NCBI GenBank assembly: GCA_964016885.1
Contig: OZ024745.1
Location: 67,766,001-67,830,000, forward strand
Length of the DNA: 64,000 bases
Source: Eledone cirrhosa
Lineage: Eukaryota
Direction: 5' to 3'
In this document: positions 25,201-35,393 of the stretch, piece after piece
Position numbering within the stretch: the first letter of the stretch is position 1
How the letters are laid out: every line of letters starts with the position of its first letter
Translations under genes and position numbers: made by a program
The notes under the pieces: model-generated
Database searches by the model: none
What the model was told of the DNA's origin: nothing
Seen by the model: only the letters and a program-made list of their open reading frames with translations

Positions 25201-26811
25201 CCGCCAACGAAGACAAGAACTTCTTTGTCGGCGACTCGGCACCCCCAAAAGAATATACAACAGCAGCATTATTATATCGTTGTTTCTAGCCCAAAAGTCC
25301 TGATCGAACACAACTAATGTTCTTAATAACGCATACATCTTTATAAAATTTTGCAAGAGATACATTTTCCAAAGTGTAAAATATATGACATTATCCTAAA
25401 TGATATTATTCATTACCAGCATTATACATGGATGAACAGATTTCTGAGTTTACCGATCAAAAAGTATTCAATAACTGAAAGTATCAACTAATGTTGGCTT
25501 GCCTGAAGGTGTGAAGTGTTGCCGATTGTCACACTTGGTGGTAAATTGTCCCCGCCCCCCACTTTTTTTTCGTTTTTCCTTCTTTCTTTCCTTTATCGTT
25601 TTTGTTCGTGATTTTAAATTTATGTTATTTATGTATATATTTAAAACAAATTTGCAACGTTATTCTACTGTAAATTTATACAACTATAATAAAATATTTA
25701 CCCAGTAACGAAAGTACTTTTTAAACATTAAAGTATTATTGTTATTATTTAATTTCGTCAACGTAATCACAATCTACAAATTCGAAAAAGGTGTCTGTAA
25801 GCTTTCATTAAAAAATATACATAATTAAGAAAATTATAAGGAAACAGTCTGGGTGGGGTGAGAGACACTGAACTGTATTATGCCGAAAAAAATAGTTCTT
25901 TTTAACCCTAAGTCAGCACCATCAAGCATACCTATGATCAAAAATGTTCCCTCGGTGATCAGGAAAAATGCAGGTTTTCACCTAGAGGATCAAGAAAATA
26001 AATTTTTTTTATGTGCATAATATGCTTTGAAATTTCGGGAAAATCGGCTAGACGTAACGCCTCCAAAAGGCCCTAAAAAGCTGAAAAAATGAAGTTTTTC
26101 ACCTAATGCGGGCCCTAGGCCATAAAAAGTTGGATTTTCTTTGCTCACGGTATGAAGAAGAGACTGACTAATACATAGTTACAATTTCAAAGAAATCGGT
26201 CTGACGTAACGCCTCAAAAACCCCTAAAAACCTGGGGGGAACGCAGTTTTTCACCTAATGAATTGAATGTTTTATGTGCATAAGTAATACACATGTAAAG
26301 TTTGAAAAAAATCGGTTGGGAACTTCTTGAGTTTTAGGGATTCAAACTCACACACAAGACATACTCAATTTTATATATATAGATAATTTACAATAAATTT
26401 ATATTATCAAACTCACACACACACACACAGACATCCTCAGTTTTATATATATAAACGTGTTAAATTTGTCAATGTATTTATAGATTGTTGACGTTCTCAG
26501 CTCCACATCAGCTCTGATCGAGCTATCATATGATTAAAATTATTCTAACTGTGACGATTCTAGGACAAAATTACATAATGTGAATTTTTTTATTAAGATA
26601 GTTGGGTGTGAGTTGAGCGAGATCTGATTGCTATTTCTGGCGTATCCAGCGACCATATAGAAGTTCTCATTGAAGTGTGTTTACTACATATTTGTGTTTG
26701 ATGCGATGTTAAGAGAGCAGAAATGAAAGGTTAAATGAAAAAAGAAATACAGTATTTGAATATGATTAAAATGTTGATTTTTACCTTAGTAATGATATTA
26801 ACTGCCATCAT
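1049..26811 (-). CDS. ACADM: Medium-chain specific acyl-CoA dehydrogenase, mitochondrial (multi-exon gene span; 3' exons off-window)
   Basis: Eleven exons with GT-AG introns: 26785-26811, 24289-24364, 17810-17907, 14027-14096, 13414-13514, 12034-12114, 10949-11188, 9504-9575, 7343-7411, 6549-6644, 1049-1225. They join in frame to 1107 nt / 369 aa with MCAD motifs ([57 protein letters not shown]). The GGNG and catalytic YEGT segments are not in the window. Confidence 0.96.
2007..2159 (-). ncRNA. Type I hammerhead ribozyme motif with extended stem II (family 1, inverted copy; sense in ACADM intron 10)
   Basis: Reverse complement of 5961-6113. Confidence 0.6.
3384..3838 (+). mobile_element. RTE-clade LINE 3' fragment
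   Basis: Encodes [18 protein letters not shown]; homologous to the reverse complement of 22983-23545. Confidence 0.8.
5961..6113 (+). ncRNA. Type I hammerhead ribozyme motif with extended stem II (family 1)
   Basis: TTCATTATTT-CTGAAGA-(GGCATATGTATGTGTTGG...CTAACACATATATGTCC)-TA-GAAAC-GATC-GTT-AAATAATGAA. Perfect 10-bp stem I, palindromic loop III, predicted cleavage after 6103. Confidence 0.62.
6549..6644 (-). CDS. ACADM: ACADM exon 10 ([32 protein letters not shown])
   Basis: TTCCAG acceptor, GTTAGT donor, 96 nt. Confidence 0.95.
7343..7411 (-). CDS. ACADM: ACADM exon 9 ([23 protein letters not shown])
   Basis: TTTCAG acceptor, GTAAGT donor, 69 nt. Confidence 0.95.
7790..8200 (+). mobile_element. 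RTE-clade LINE fragment
   Basis: AMLHGIETW...[15 protein letters not shown] reverse-transcriptase C-terminal motifs. Confidence 0.85.
8977..9148 (-). mobile_element. SINE family A, 5'-truncated, with target-site duplication
   Basis: Flanked by the direct repeat ATACAAAAGGTATATAAT. Confidence 0.85.
9504..9575 (-). CDS. ACADM: ACADM exon 8 ([24 protein letters not shown])
   Basis: TTTCAG acceptor, GTAAGA donor, 72 nt. Confidence 0.95.
10949..11188 (-). CDS. ACADM: ACADM exon 7 (AYCVTEP...VIKGRK)
   Basis: TTGCAG acceptor, GTATGT donor, 240 nt; contains the TEP and KMWITNG acyl-CoA dehydrogenase signatures. Confidence 0.97.
12034..12114 (-). CDS. ACADM: ACADM exon 6 ([27 protein letters not shown])
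   Basis: ATACAG acceptor, GTAGGT donor, 81 nt; within ORF 12025..12237. Confidence 0.95.
12349..12536 (+). mobile_element. tRNA-derived SINE family A nested in an M2 MITE
   Basis: A-box-like TGGCAGTATCGG, B-box GAGTTCAAATCC, central GCCTTTCATCCTTACGGGGTCGATAAAATAAAGTACCAG. Other copies near 209-390, 1686-1785, 17035-17372, 35189-35330, 36150-36252, 58536-58640, 59765-59975 and 62190-62390. Confidence 0.85.
13414..13514 (-). CDS. ACADM: ACADM exon 5 ([34 protein letters not shown])
   Basis: TTACAG acceptor, GTAAGT donor, 101 nt; translated by hand. Confidence 0.95.
13600..13900 (+). mobile_element. RTE-clade LINE 3' fragment
   Basis: [10 protein letters not shown] motif and (GAT)n tail. Another RTE-type fragment lies at ~13010-13280 with a reversed relative at ~52850-53250. 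Confidence 0.75.
14027..14096 (-). CDS. ACADM: ACADM exon 4 ([23 protein letters not shown])
   Basis: TTCCAG acceptor, GTAAGT donor, 70 nt; translated by hand, not in the ORF track. Confidence 0.93.
14245..17020. repeat. 31-bp minisatellite (CATGACATGTCAGTATACCACTGTAGTATAA), roughly 85-90 copies, in ACADM intron 3
   Basis: Unit read directly; occasional 18-bp deletion units; degenerate copies at both edges. Confidence 0.97.
17810..17907 (-). CDS. ACADM: ACADM exon 3 ([32 protein letters not shown])
   Basis: TTACAG acceptor, GTTAGC donor, 98 nt; MCAD N-terminal helix. Confidence 0.95.
17991..18338 (+). mobile_element. tRNA-derived SINE family B with RTE-like 3' end and (GAT)n tail
   Basis: TGGCTTAGTGG A-box, GAGTTCAATTC B-box, CCTTGAGCAAGACACTT CORE-like segment, and TGGTGTTAGGAAGGG.ATCCAGCTGTAGAAA shared with local RTE 3' UTRs. 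Confidence 0.85.
18011..18711 (+). repeat. ~700-bp near-identical inverted copy of 56257-56960
   Basis: ORFs 18006..18215(-) and 56756..56977(+) are nearly identical, and the match continues through ~370 bp of sequence beyond the SINE tail. Confidence 0.95.
19070..19341. repeat. Near-perfect palindrome (~120-bp arms) centred on a (TA)n tract
   Basis: AAAGTATAGAAAGATAGACATG...CAATTTTCT-(TA)n-AGAAAATTG...CATGTCTATCTTTTTATACTTT; about two mismatches seen. Confidence 0.95.
19552..19594 (-). ncRNA. Minimal type I hammerhead ribozyme motif (family 2; sense in ACADM intron 2)
   Basis: ACGTTG-CTGATGA-T-AGCT-AATA-AGCT-T-GAAA-CTAG-TA-CAGCGT on the minus strand. Confidence 0.75.
20079..20121 (+). ncRNA. 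Minimal type I hammerhead ribozyme motif (family 2)
   Basis: ATGTTG-CTGACGA-T-AGCT-AATA-AGCT-T-GAAA-CTAG-TA-CAACGT; palindromic CTAG loop III; predicted cleavage after 20115. Confidence 0.75.
20780..21275 (+). mobile_element. RTE-clade LINE 3' fragment
   Basis: Degenerate homolog of 21457-22025 in the opposite orientation; (GAT)n tail. Confidence 0.8.
21457..22025 (-). mobile_element. RTE-clade LINE 3' fragment
   Basis: [19 protein letters not shown] and GRGRPRKTW motifs; (GAT)n tail. Confidence 0.9.
22276..22614 (-). mobile_element. tRNA-derived SINE family B
   Basis: Reverse-complement homolog of 17991-18338. Confidence 0.85.
22887..23899 (-). mobile_element. RTE-clade LINE 3' fragment with ~116-bp tandem duplication in its 3' UTR
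   Basis: ORF 23384..23899 ([10 protein letters not shown]...MLHGSETW...[11 protein letters not shown]); 22986-23101 is repeated at ~23097-23215. Confidence 0.9.
24289..24364 (-). CDS. ACADM: ACADM exon 2 ([25 protein letters not shown])
   Basis: Polypyrimidine-TAG acceptor and GTAAGT donor. 76 nt, ends in phase 1 matching exon 3. Transit-peptide-like, ending GISF (human GFSF). Confidence 0.85.
25960..26455 (-). mobile_element. Helitron/HINE-like element with internal ~172-bp direct repeats
   Basis: Minus strand begins TCTATATATATAAAATTGAG-(TG)n, with this end partly duplicated. AAATCGG..GACGTAACGCCTC..CCCTAAAAA..TTTTCACCTAATG occurs twice. Confidence 0.5.
26785..26811 (-). CDS. ACADM: ACADM exon 1 (MMAVNIITK)
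   Basis: ATG ATG GCA GTT AAT ATC ATT ACT AAG followed by a GTAAAA donor; phase 0 matches exon 2. Short, so assigned by phase and position rather than homology. Confidence 0.65.
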
Positions 26812-27574
26812 AACGGAGATGAAATGTTGTTAGTTCCTCCAAAGACGACTACCAAGTCAATGATATCTAATTTACTAATCAGGCCAAAGTTCACGAGCTG
26901 ATCTTCAGTTGTTATTGTTGTTAATAAATTCGTTAAAAAGTTGCTGATTTTTGTTATAAATATTTTTTTAATTCCCTTTATAAATATTTTAAAATATTTT
27001 TCTATTTTTTCTTATATATAATTCATTATTCGAACATATAATAAATCTGATATATAGAATTACTATAACATGTTTAAAAAATTATTACACACATTCACTG
27101 CGACATAGGTTATTTTGTATTTATCTCTTATTAAATTTGCATATGTCCCATCTATTGGCCGTGAGGATACACCTCCTTATTAAACAATTAAAAATAAACA
27201 TTTATTTATTTTCAGAAATATTTAAAGTAGGATTAAACTATGAAAGTCAGGAATAAGCTGCTCGTAACATTTTTGTTTTTCAATCTTTTACGAAAATTTA
27301 ATTAATTTATATGTAAACATAATTTATATGATAAATATGATTTACAAAAATAAATCAATAAAAAAAATTAGAGAAGGAAAAAAAAACAGAAGACGTGCAC
27401 ATGTTACAACAGGGAATTTCTGAACGTGTTTGAGGCAAGCCGAGACGTGACATTGTCGCAGGTGATAGCAGGGCTAAGGCGCTGGAATAGCAAAGCACTT
27501 TTCACGAGCATCCCATGATAATTCAGTAAAACGAACCACTAAGAATAACAAAAACTTCATTGTCAGCTGACAAG

Positions 27575-28380
27575 ATCCCTCAGACTCCTCGAATACTTTG
27601 TTAGCCGCTCTCCAGCCATCTATTTAAAACTGTATACAGCTATGGTGCGACCACACTTGGAATTCGCATCATCAGTCTGGAACCCCTATCTTGCTCGGAA
27701 CATTGACCTCCTGGAAACTGTTCAGAGACGTGCAACCAAGCGCATACCTTCCATCAGACACCTACCATACTCTGAACGCCTTGCTTCCCTGGGCATGGAT
27801 TCATTGAAGCTCCGACGTCTGGCAATGGACTTGGTGAATACCCACAAAGTTTTTAACCATCTCGCCAACTGCAACCCTGAGCGCCTCTTTGATCTCCATG
27901 TGTCTAACACACGTGGACATGCCTACAAGATAAGAAAACAGCACAGCTCCCATGACTTTCGCAGACATTTTTTCACGCTCAGAGTTGCTGAAGCATGGAA
28001 CAAACTGCCTGCGTCAATTGTTAGCTGCCGAGACACTGCATCCTTTAAGACACTCATGCTTCCCAAAATACGCCAAAACTACACCTGATGTACCCCTTCC
28101 ATACACATGCACACATGTGTGTATCATGACTCGTGCACTGTTCATTTTACTGATGTTTATGCATTGCCCTATGTACTGTACATGCACTTTTTTGATGAGT
28201 TGTGGTGCACCTGGGCACTGTGCACAATATTTCGTTATTGTTATTATATCATGACTCATACACTGTTTATTTTCCTGACATTTGTACATTATTCTATGTA
28301 CTATACATGCACCTTTGATGAGTTGTAGTGCACCTGAGCACTGTACACAATAATTTCATTATTATTATTTTATTATTATT
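27575..28380 (+). mobile_element. CR1-clade LINE 3' fragment
   Basis: ORF 27642..28088 (VRPHLEFASSVWNPY, QRRATKRIP, TRGH, FFTLRVAEAWNKLP); partially duplicated 3' UTR and (ATT)n tail. Confidence 0.88.
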
Positions 28381-28399
28381 ATATAGACAGAAAAATATA

Positions 28400-29540
28400 T
28401 GAGAGAAAAAGGTGCTAATCTGTAGGCACGTAATCGGGTGAATATGGTGGGTGGAGCAGACCCTTCCAACTTAGCTCCTGCAGCTTCTCACGGGTCATCT
28501 TTGATGTTTGCAGCTGGGCGTTAACATGAAGCAATCGAACAGGCCGATGGTGTGGGCATACCTGTGCTATTTTAGCTGCTAATCTGTCAAGGTGTTGGCA
28601 GTAGTCGTCAGACGTGGTTTAGAAGGTTGAGTGATTTTAGTGCAATATGGATGTGGTGAGTGAGGTCATGTCTGGGTTTATATGGGCTGAATTCATGGGT
28701 AGCCTAAGATAGTACTAGTTTTATTTATTCACATCTCATGAAAATTTGGAAAATTAATTAAAAAGAGTCTTACTGAAACTTAATTCACTCTTTATTTTGT
28801 GGTGTTTGGTGGGAACAACTCATAGTGGATGACACCTTTCCACTTCCTCCAGACGCTCAGCAGGGCCTTGTGAGGATAGAGGTCAGCTTTTGTTTGTTGT
28901 GGTGCACTCTCTTTATCAATCCACAATCGCTTGCATTTAAAATGAATATCAGTGACAATAGAATGTCATTAGCTGATTGTGCGATAGTAGGAGAGCAGAA
29001 AAGTTACAGCTGCCACTCGACATTCACAATTACGATTAGTCAGATTGTGGGGGACCCATTGATCCAAACTGCATGCAAGTGATTAAGGATGGTTGTTTTT
29101 GATGTCCCAAGCACTTCAGATAATTAACGGGATGTCTGGTATTGGTCAGTTTCCACCAGCTCACACATTGAAGTCAGATGAATGTCCTGCATGAGGTCGA
29201 TCTTCAAGGCTGTAATCACAGGAATGGAAGCATGCAAACCAGTCCCTTGCACTGCGTTCAGACAAGGTGTGTAACCCAAATTCATTGTTAATGTGACGAC
29301 TCAATGCTGCTGCACTCAAGCTAGATTTGAAGTAATTAAGTAAACAGTCATGAATACATGATTTGGATAAATCCAAGTTGCTTCCCCTTTGGGGACATAA
29401 GAGAAAATGAGAAATGTACATAGTGCATACCAACATCACTTCTTATATATGTGCGCATGCGCAACCTTCAACATTTCCAGAAAACTCTACCAAAATACAT
29501 CCTTTTGAAAAACAGCGAGAACTTTCTGTCCAACCCAATC
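28400..29540 (-). mobile_element. Decayed mariner transposon
   Basis: Minus-strand SERSARDWFACFHSCDYSLEDRPHAG (HTH region), LLHVNAQ (cf. LLHDNAR) and HPPYSPDYVPTD*HLF (cf. HPPYSPDLAPSDYHLF); TIR-like ATTGGGTTGGACAGAAAGTT at the right end. Confidence 0.85.
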
Positions 29541-30743
29541 TTTTACTGATAAACCATATTTCAGAGGTTTATTCTGTTCAGTAATGGATGTAGTAACTCT
29601 CGACTCCATGACAGTATCTAAGACATGAGCAGAAGTAAAAGAGTTGCTGACAATAGTGTCCTTGAGGCATCTACCTCTAATCCAAAGTCAAAGTGTAAGG
29701 CGGTCGGGCCTCTTCCTTTCAAATCTGGTTGGCTCCACACTTCAGAGAAAGTTGACTGGTTAGGGTTTGTTTTATTTAAATCAACTGAGTGAGACAATCA
29801 AAACATCCTGCATTTAGTCAATGTTTCAGTCCCCTAGGCAACTCTGTGAGCAATGATGATACAGAGCTCACCTAGACTGAGTTAAGCCACTGATGTTTTT
29901 AACAGGCAAATATCAACTCAGTTCCCAGTGAATTCAACACTCACAGGTAGTGGCATCTTGAATATTATCATCATCATCATTTTTATGTCCACTTTTCCTC
30001 GCTTTCATGGGTTGGACAGGTCTTTCTCAGCATAGCATTCCTCCACATGTGGTGATCCTTTGTCATCACCTCTGTGAATCTCAGTGATTTGAGGTCAGCT
30101 CTCACAACCTCTCCCCAAGTTTGTAAAAAAAATTGCTAAAAGTTAGAGGGGTGTAGGAAAAAATTTGTTAAATCAGTTAAGTGCCAATAAAATACCTGTT
30201 ATATACTAGGGGAGATCCGATTGATTATACTCTGCCTGACACCATATCTAAAAAAATTTAGTCTTTATGTCTGGGAAAATTTTCCAGCCCTTTACAGTCT
30301 GACAGTAAGCCAACGGGGTAGTCTTCATGTGGTTTCTTGACCTTCTCTTTAAGTTATAAGTTCAAAGTTTGCTGAGGTCAACTTTGCTTTTCATTCTTGC
30401 AAGGTAGATAAAATAAAGTTCCAGTCAAGTATTGGGGTTGATCTAATCAACTATACCCTCCACCCACAAATGATCGTTTCGGTGCAATAGTTGTTTCTGC
30501 AATAAAATTAACATGATTCTATTGTAGGATATTTTAAGGTTTCAGTTCATTGAGGCGCACATATTTGATGTGAGGTGTCTAGGTTTCATGAGTGTGAAAT
30601 GTTAGAGGAGAATAAAGACTTGTATCATCTACAAAACAGTGAGTGTTATTGGAAGTGGCAGCAAGTGGGTCATTGATGTTTAACTCTTTAGCATTTACAT
30701 TACTCTATATTTATTATTATATTTTCCCAGAAAAGGCTTTATC

Positions 30744-31448
30744 ATCATCATCATCATCATCACCGTTTTACGTCCGTTCTTCCACGCTAGCATGGGTTAG
30801 ACGGGTTGTCCTGTTGTGGGCAGTGTCTGGTCGGCTGACCATGCCTTGCTCATACAGGAACTGATCTGGCTTGATTTCTACAGCTGGATGCCCTTCCTAA
30901 CACCAACCTCATTTACAGTGAGTGCTGGGTGCTTTTTCGTGGCGCCTACACGTCCACTTTACAGTGTGGGCTGGGTGCTTTTTTGCCGTGGCACCTCCAC
31001 GACCACCTTGCGGTGGGGGCATATTGTTTATATGCTTCAGCATGTACCCATGGGAGGTCGGGTACCCTGTATTACTGCGTGACGCCAGAAGTCACGGTCG
31101 TGTGTCATTGACTTTGAGAGGTGTAGTTGGGTAAGGTCGGCTTTTATCACCTCATCCCAAATCATCTTGGGTCTCCCCACTCCGCGGTTTCCATCAACTT
31201 CTAGTGCTCTGCACCTTTTTATGCAGCTGTCATCCTTCATACGCATCACATGTCCATACCAGCGTAACCGCCTCTCCTGCACGCAGCATTTGATTCCTCT
31301 TATGCTCAGTCTCTCTCTCAATTCCTTTATGCTTTGTCGTTCACGTATATTACTGTTACACATCCATCGGAGCATGCAGGCTTCGTTTCTCTCTAATCTA
31401 CGTAAGTCTTCCACCTTCAGCGCCCAGGTCTCACTACCATGCAACATC
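30744..31448 (-). mobile_element. 5'-truncated RTE LINE inserted into an M1 MITE
   Basis: ORF 31037..31447; GCTTTATC duplicated at 30736-30743 and 31449-31456; the MITE halves rejoin seamlessly. Confidence 0.9.
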
Positions 31449-32747
31449 GCTTTATCTCACATAATATTGAATCTATGAGATTTTGATATTCTGAGAACAA
31501 TACCTTAACATCAGTATGAGCAGCTGGTTACGGTCAGTTTGAACAGAAAGAGGTGAGAGAATTCTGGCTAGATACAGCCGGTTAAAATGCTAAAGGGTTA
31601 AGATAATGACTGATACCTGTATGAACAAGTATATTTTCCGTTCATATATCAAATAAATAGAGAATTAAAACAATTATCCAAGCCTCTGCTTGTTTCCATC
31701 TTACTCTGAGGGCAAAGTCTAAATCCTCGCTAGCTCATATAGAGTATAAATAATATACACTAGATGCATGAAGATATAAATGCAATGACTATCAGAATAA
31801 GATAGTGAAAATACTTAGAAAAAAATTAACAAATATCTCAGCCATAAGCTTAGAAACTCAGGTATTTTATAGATAAGAAAGATAAAGAACTAATATTACC
31901 TTAGTAATGTTTTACTTTAGAAGTAGTTAAAACATAGTAACACATTTTTTTAAAAAGAGTGCACTGAGTATTTTTATATAACATTTATCGTTTAGTTAGC
32001 AGTAGCACTAACATGGTGTGATTCATAACAGATGCTTATATAAAAGCATATACGATATGTTTATGTATAATAAACATACATAAGTCTTGCTATAGGTATT
32101 GGAAGCTGTGAACATGCCACAGCTACCTCAGCAAATGTGTAACATAGCCTATTTCGCCTCAGTACTGATTGAATAAACATCACTGAAGATAGCTAAAGAT
32201 CATGAAATACTGGTGTTTGGTGTTCCCATTTGTTTCTTTTGTAAATCATATTCATTATATCAATAACAATATGGTTCAGCATCTTAGTGATGCTACCACC
32301 CACTGTAATGCTGCCATTGATGTCACAGAACTGAAGACAAAAAGCAAAAAAGATACTATAAAGTATCATATCCAATCCTCTAACAATTCACCACCAGGGA
32401 CTGATATTTCTTTTATCAAACCCAAGAATATGAAAGTTGATCTTGGTTTGAAGTGAACTACTTGCAATTACAGATATATATATATATCCAGCAAACCTCA
32501 ACCGTTAAGGTTGTCTTTATGCGGTGTTTGCATAGCTACGGCTTCCTGAAACCGTATTTCCTTGGAGATACGAAATATTTATACATATTGTAGAAAGCTA
32601 TGCTTGAAGTGAAATCCTATTTCTTTTTTATTATAAGTTGAGCCAACTTATGCAGCTTCATATGCAAATGAGATTAATCACCTCATTTACACAGACGAGA
32701 AATGTATATAATCTCGGCTGTCTTCTAGTCCAGCAGTCGCAAGCGGT

Positions 32748-32806
32748 GGGAGGGACCGTCCTGACGAAGGCCAGTTAAGCCTGAAATACATAGACGGTTG
32801 TTTCCC
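32748..32806 (+). ncRNA. Minimal type I hammerhead ribozyme motif (family 3)
   Basis: GGGAGGGACCGTC-CTGACGA-AGGC-CAGTTAA-GCCT-GAAA-TACA-TA-GACGGTTGTTTCCC. Intact core, 4-bp stem II, 6-bp stem I extendable through G-U pairs. Confidence 0.78.
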
Positions 32807-33126
32807 TTGCTTCTGCTGGACATCACCAGAGGGCATGGAGGAGCTGAGAGAAAAACTGGGTATAAAAGGATTCAGATATAGCATACAGATGAGAAGGACC
32901 GTGTTGGTATGAAAATATGAGTATGGAGGATGGTTATTGGGTGAAGAATTGGAAGAAGGATGTGGAAGAGGAAGACCAAAGAAGACATGGGTAGATGTGG
33001 TGAAAGCTGATCTCAAGATGCTGGAATTCACAAAGATGACACAAGGGAAAGAAAAAGGAAGGGAAGCTGTACTGAAAATAAATCATGTAACCCTGCACAA
33101 GCAAGAAAAAGTGAAGATAAAAAGGG

Positions 33127-33342
33127 TGATGATGACGATGAAGGTAGTGGTGGTGGGGATGTCGATGATGGTGGTAGTAGTGATGATGATTGTGGTAGTA
33201 GTGATGATGGTGGTAGTAGTGATGATGATTGTGGTAGTGGTGGTGGGGATGTCAGTGATGGTGGTAGTAGTGATGATATTGTGGTAGTGGTGGTGATGAT
33301 GATGATGACAGTGGTAGTGGTGGTAATGATGATGATGACAAT
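33127..33342. repeat. (GAT/GTG/GTA)n simple repeat extending a LINE tail
   Basis: Read directly. Confidence 0.9.
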
Positions 33343-33765
33343 CAACATTGGAAAAGCAAATAAAATGTTTTGTTTTTAAAAAAAAGACACTGAAATTTAG
33401 TTATCATATGTTTGGAACAATGTTTTATTGTGATAATGAAGATGTCAAAAAAAAAATAATAATAACTAAAATGTTTGTTTAATACTGAGTGATATTACAA
33501 TTGTAACAATGTATTACAAGCTGTTGCTTATAATCATATATTTTTTTCCCATGTTTTAGAACTCAGCAGAGGGCATATACTTCATACTAGTAAACATTTT
33601 TACTGATATTATGTTGGCAATCCTGCCCAACGTTATAGAAACTTCAATGTTATTGTGGACTTTTTTTCACAAAAATTAAAGTATGCTTTACATATATTTG
33701 TATTATTATTATATATACCTATATATATTTGAATTATTATAATATATATCATATATATATTTTTT

Positions 33766-34166
33766 TGTTATATTCGGTGATGGTCATGTTGCCAGTATTG
33801 CCAATAAAAAGAAACACACGCACCATATGATTTTCACTTTATCTTTATTACTAGTTATTCGTTAGTCTGTCAAAGTTCTTTCATCACACATTCTATGACT
33901 TCTTCGATGACTATCTGTTCTCTTTTGTGCCTCTTCTTCTTTCAGCTCTTAATCTGTTACTCCAACAAAAAACAAGATGGAGTAACAGATTAAGGACAGA
34001 AAGAAGAGGAGGCACAAAATAGAACAGTCATTGACCAGGTCACAGAATATGTATGTGACAAAAGAACTTTGACAGACTAACAAACAACTAGTAATAAAGA
34101 TAAAGTGAAAATCATATGGTGCATGTGTTTCTTTGTATTGGCAATCACCATCACCAAATATAACAA
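33766..34166. repeat. Diverged inverted repeat (~200-bp arms, 13-nt spacer)
   Basis: CACCATATGATTTTCACTTTATCTTTATTACTAGTT / AACTAGTAATAAAGATAAAGTGAAAATCATATGGTG; inner TTAATCTGTTACTCCA / TGGAGTAACAGATTAA. Confidence 0.9.
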
Positions 34167-35362
34167 TATTGGTTTCAACACACGATTTCACATCAAGAAT
34201 CTTGCAAAACAAATATATATATATATATATATAATCCATCACTTATTTAACACTACTATTTGGTCCTTGGGTGCTTTTAGTCAGCTCTATTGTAAGAATT
34301 TGGATTAGGTTCCCAATTAGAGGATAACTTCCTCTCTTCCAAACTAAGCAGTAAGAAAAAAAAAAAATTATATATAGAATGCATGTTTAGAAAATTGCAA
34401 GTGAAATTTGAAAATTGAATTAAAAGATTTTGTCTTAACTTTGACTAAATAAAATAGCCTGGTAATAACAGGGTGTATAAACCCACTGAACAAAAACAGT
34501 TGGGCAAAATGGAACAATACTGAAAGTTTATGAAAAACAATTTCAGGGTTTCGTTATGCTTTATCATTTCTTTTAGATGGGGGTCAGAAAGAGAGAGACA
34601 GTACTTCTGAACTTTTTTTCCAGGCCTTTAAGATTGGTTGAAAGAAGTTATTCTCAGGGTGTAAACGACCAAGATCAGACACAACAGAATGCTAAAGACA
34701 CCCAAGGGCTATGTGGTAGCGTTAGCCCTTTTGATACCTGAAACTACCCCTGGTTCTACAATACAAAGCTGTGTTTTAAAATGTTTATATTTATCTAAAA
34801 ACAACCCTCCAATTAAATTTTATGTAAGAACTTTTATTAAGTTAAGCTCCAAACACCAGCTTAATAGTGCAAATGTTAGTTATATTATTAAATCCCTCCA
34901 AATTCTTGATTGTTTTAAAATTATTTGAAACAAGGGTTAAACCAGGCAACTGGTTGACAGGAAAGGTCCCTCAGATTGGCTTCCACACGGTGCCTGACTA
35001 CCAAATTTCATTACACAAGACTTTGGTCACTTTGAAACTATGATAGGTTGATAGTTGTGGAATGATCTTTAAGAATCCACCACAAAACTGAAGCTCAGTA
35101 CCAATAAACCAATCTTTCTTTACTAAGTTACTAAATCTAACAGTGATTTGATGAATATGAAATAATAATAATATCAACAACAACAATAATGGTTTCTAAT
35201 TTAGGCACAAGGCCAGCAGTTTTGAGGGGGAAGCAAAAGTCAATTACATCGACCCCAGTACTTTACTGGTACTTTATTTTATCGACACCGGAAGGATGAA
35301 AGGCAAAGTTGACCTCGGCAGGATTTGAACAATAGTGATAATAATAATGATAATGATAATGT

Positions 35363-35393
<31 letters not shown>

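Noticed and set aside
32176-32219. AAACATCA-CTGAAGA...GAAA-TAC-TGGTGTTT hammerhead-like match
   Set aside because: Stem I pairs, but there is no convincing stem II and no UH cleavage site.
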